In this document: in pieces, positions 35,618 to 36,612 of the stretch
Layout of the letters: the number at the start of each line of letters is the position of its first letter
Position numbering within the stretch: position 1 is the first letter of the stretch
Assembly: GCA_041746255.1 (NCBI GenBank)
Contig: JBGTHM010000127.1
Location: forward strand, 1 to 36,612
Origin: Fibrobacteria bacterium
GTDB lineage: Bacteria > Fibrobacterota > Fibrobacteria > UBA11236
Reading direction: 5' to 3'
DNA length: 36,612 bases
The notes under the pieces: model-generated
The model's input: only the letters and a program-made list of their open reading frames with translations
What the model was told of the DNA's origin: nothing
The model's database searches: none
Position numbers and translations under genes: made by a program

Positions 35618-36612
35618 ATGAGAATCAAATTAAATTCCCGGACAACCCCGCATCATACCGTTATCACGGTTATGCTATTTTGCATGCTGGTAGGCCAATT
35701 GTCCGTCTATGCATCCGACCTTAAAATCAAAATCAATGGATCCGGATGGGTGCAAGCCGGGCGAGTACAGCAAACCACCGATACCATGAATGTTAACTTC
35801 AATGGAAATTGGATTCAGACAGCCACCGGCCAGATTACGGCCCATGCAGAGTTTAGCGAAAACTGGGACGGTGCCTTGGGTATAGGGCTTGGTCAGCAAC
35901 ATAATATGCAGGGCCGAAGTTTGGATGCGTCGAAATTGTCAATGAGTATTGCAGCCTATCTCACTGAAGCTCGGTATACTTATTCTTTGGGTGAAAGGGA
36001 AAATCCCTTGTTGGGAGTGACAGTGGGGTTATTTCCCTATAATTACAATCCCAATATTAAAAACCTGGGGTTATATCTGCTGAGAGGCCCGGTTTATCCT
36101 GGTGTGTTGATTTCCGGTTTTGAAACCAAGGAGACTTTATCCATTGGTAATATTCTGGGGTTTAAACTCAGCAACACCTTTGGAAACTTTAGCCACGATT
36201 TGCTTCTGAATTCGGAAACCGAATTGCCTCCGTATCACGATTTTTCCCTTGCCTACATTGCCAAGTACAATTTCGGAGAGGTATTGCGAATCGGCGGTGG
36301 CGTGAATTTTTACCATTTGCTGCCTGTGGCCGATGAGTTGACGAATCCTCGGAGTGCTTCGCTTTTCACTTTCAAAAATCAACGTGAAATTAATTCTAAC
36401 TATGATCGCGACTACATCTATGTCAAAACCGACACCTTATGGCTGGATGAAAATGACAATATCATTCCCGGCCAACCACCTAAATTGGTGGGAACCGATA
36501 CCATGAAGGTCGGTAATAAGCTGGTGATAATCACTCCAGATACCACCTTTTACACCCATCAGGGAACCAAATTGACGGGGTTCTTTTCCATTGATCCTAA
36601 GCCCCTGTTCGG
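35618..36612 (+). CDS. Hypothetical outer-membrane protein, paralogue 3 (3'-truncated by window; absent from ORF track)
   Basis: Manual translation MRIKLNS...VYA-SDLKIKINGSGWVQAG...GLFPYNYNPNIKNLGLYLLRGPVYPG...GTKLTGFFSIDPK, in frame to the window edge; AAAGGA RBS; alternative start 35591. Confidence 0.88.
   Translation, partial: MRIKLNSRTTPHHTVITVMLFCMLVGQLSVYASDLKIKINGSGWVQAGRVQQTTDTMNVNFNGNWIQTATGQITAHAEFSENWDGALGIGLGQQHNMQGRSLDASKLSMSIAAYLTEARYTYSLGERENPLLGVTVGLFPYNYNPNIKNLGLYLLRGPVYPGVLISGFETKETLSIGNILGFKLSNTFGNFSHDLLLNSETELPPYHDFSLAYIAKYNFGEVLRIGGGVNFYHLLPVADELTNPRSASLFTFKNQREINSNYDRDYIYVKTDTLWLDENDNIIPGQPPKLVGTDTMKVGNKLVIITPDTTFYTHQGTKLTGFFSIDPKPLF

Noticed and set aside
1..36612. CRISPR array, rRNA, DGR template/variable repeats
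   Set aside because: No regularly spaced direct repeats were seen. The OMP paralogues differ at all codon positions rather than by adenine-specific changes, and the only RT-linked signal is a group II intron end.

Overview
Bacterial chromosomal window, probably from an FCB-group organism such as Fibrobacterota; this is inferred from gene content (DUF5683-like pair next to dapB, DUF1080 proteins with T9SS-like tails), not established. It has three parts. (1) 1-2450 is a mobile/accessory patch: the 3' end of a group II intron (domains V-VI), an attC-like hairpin, and an AT-rich ABC-ATPase-TOPRIM gene (candidate anti-phage nuclease) bracketed by 19-bp inverted repeats, with no integrase or transposase in the window. 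(2) 2558-29349 is a GC-rich core region: UbiA-family prenyltransferase, rsgA, HD nucleotidase, gmhB, tRNA-Leu(TAA), GT4, DUF512, rpsF-rpsR-rplI, dapB, FrnE-like DsbA, patatin, pirin, CPA1 antiporter, hybrid histidine kinase, leuA with a complete leader-peptide attenuator, and rapA. (3) 29575-end is an AT-richer, co-oriented cluster of two secreted DUF1080 proteins followed by at least three tandem paralogues of an unannotated outer-membrane beta-barrel-like family, a candidate SusC/D-independent carbohydrate-uptake locus. All calls come from motif reading by eye; no searches were run.
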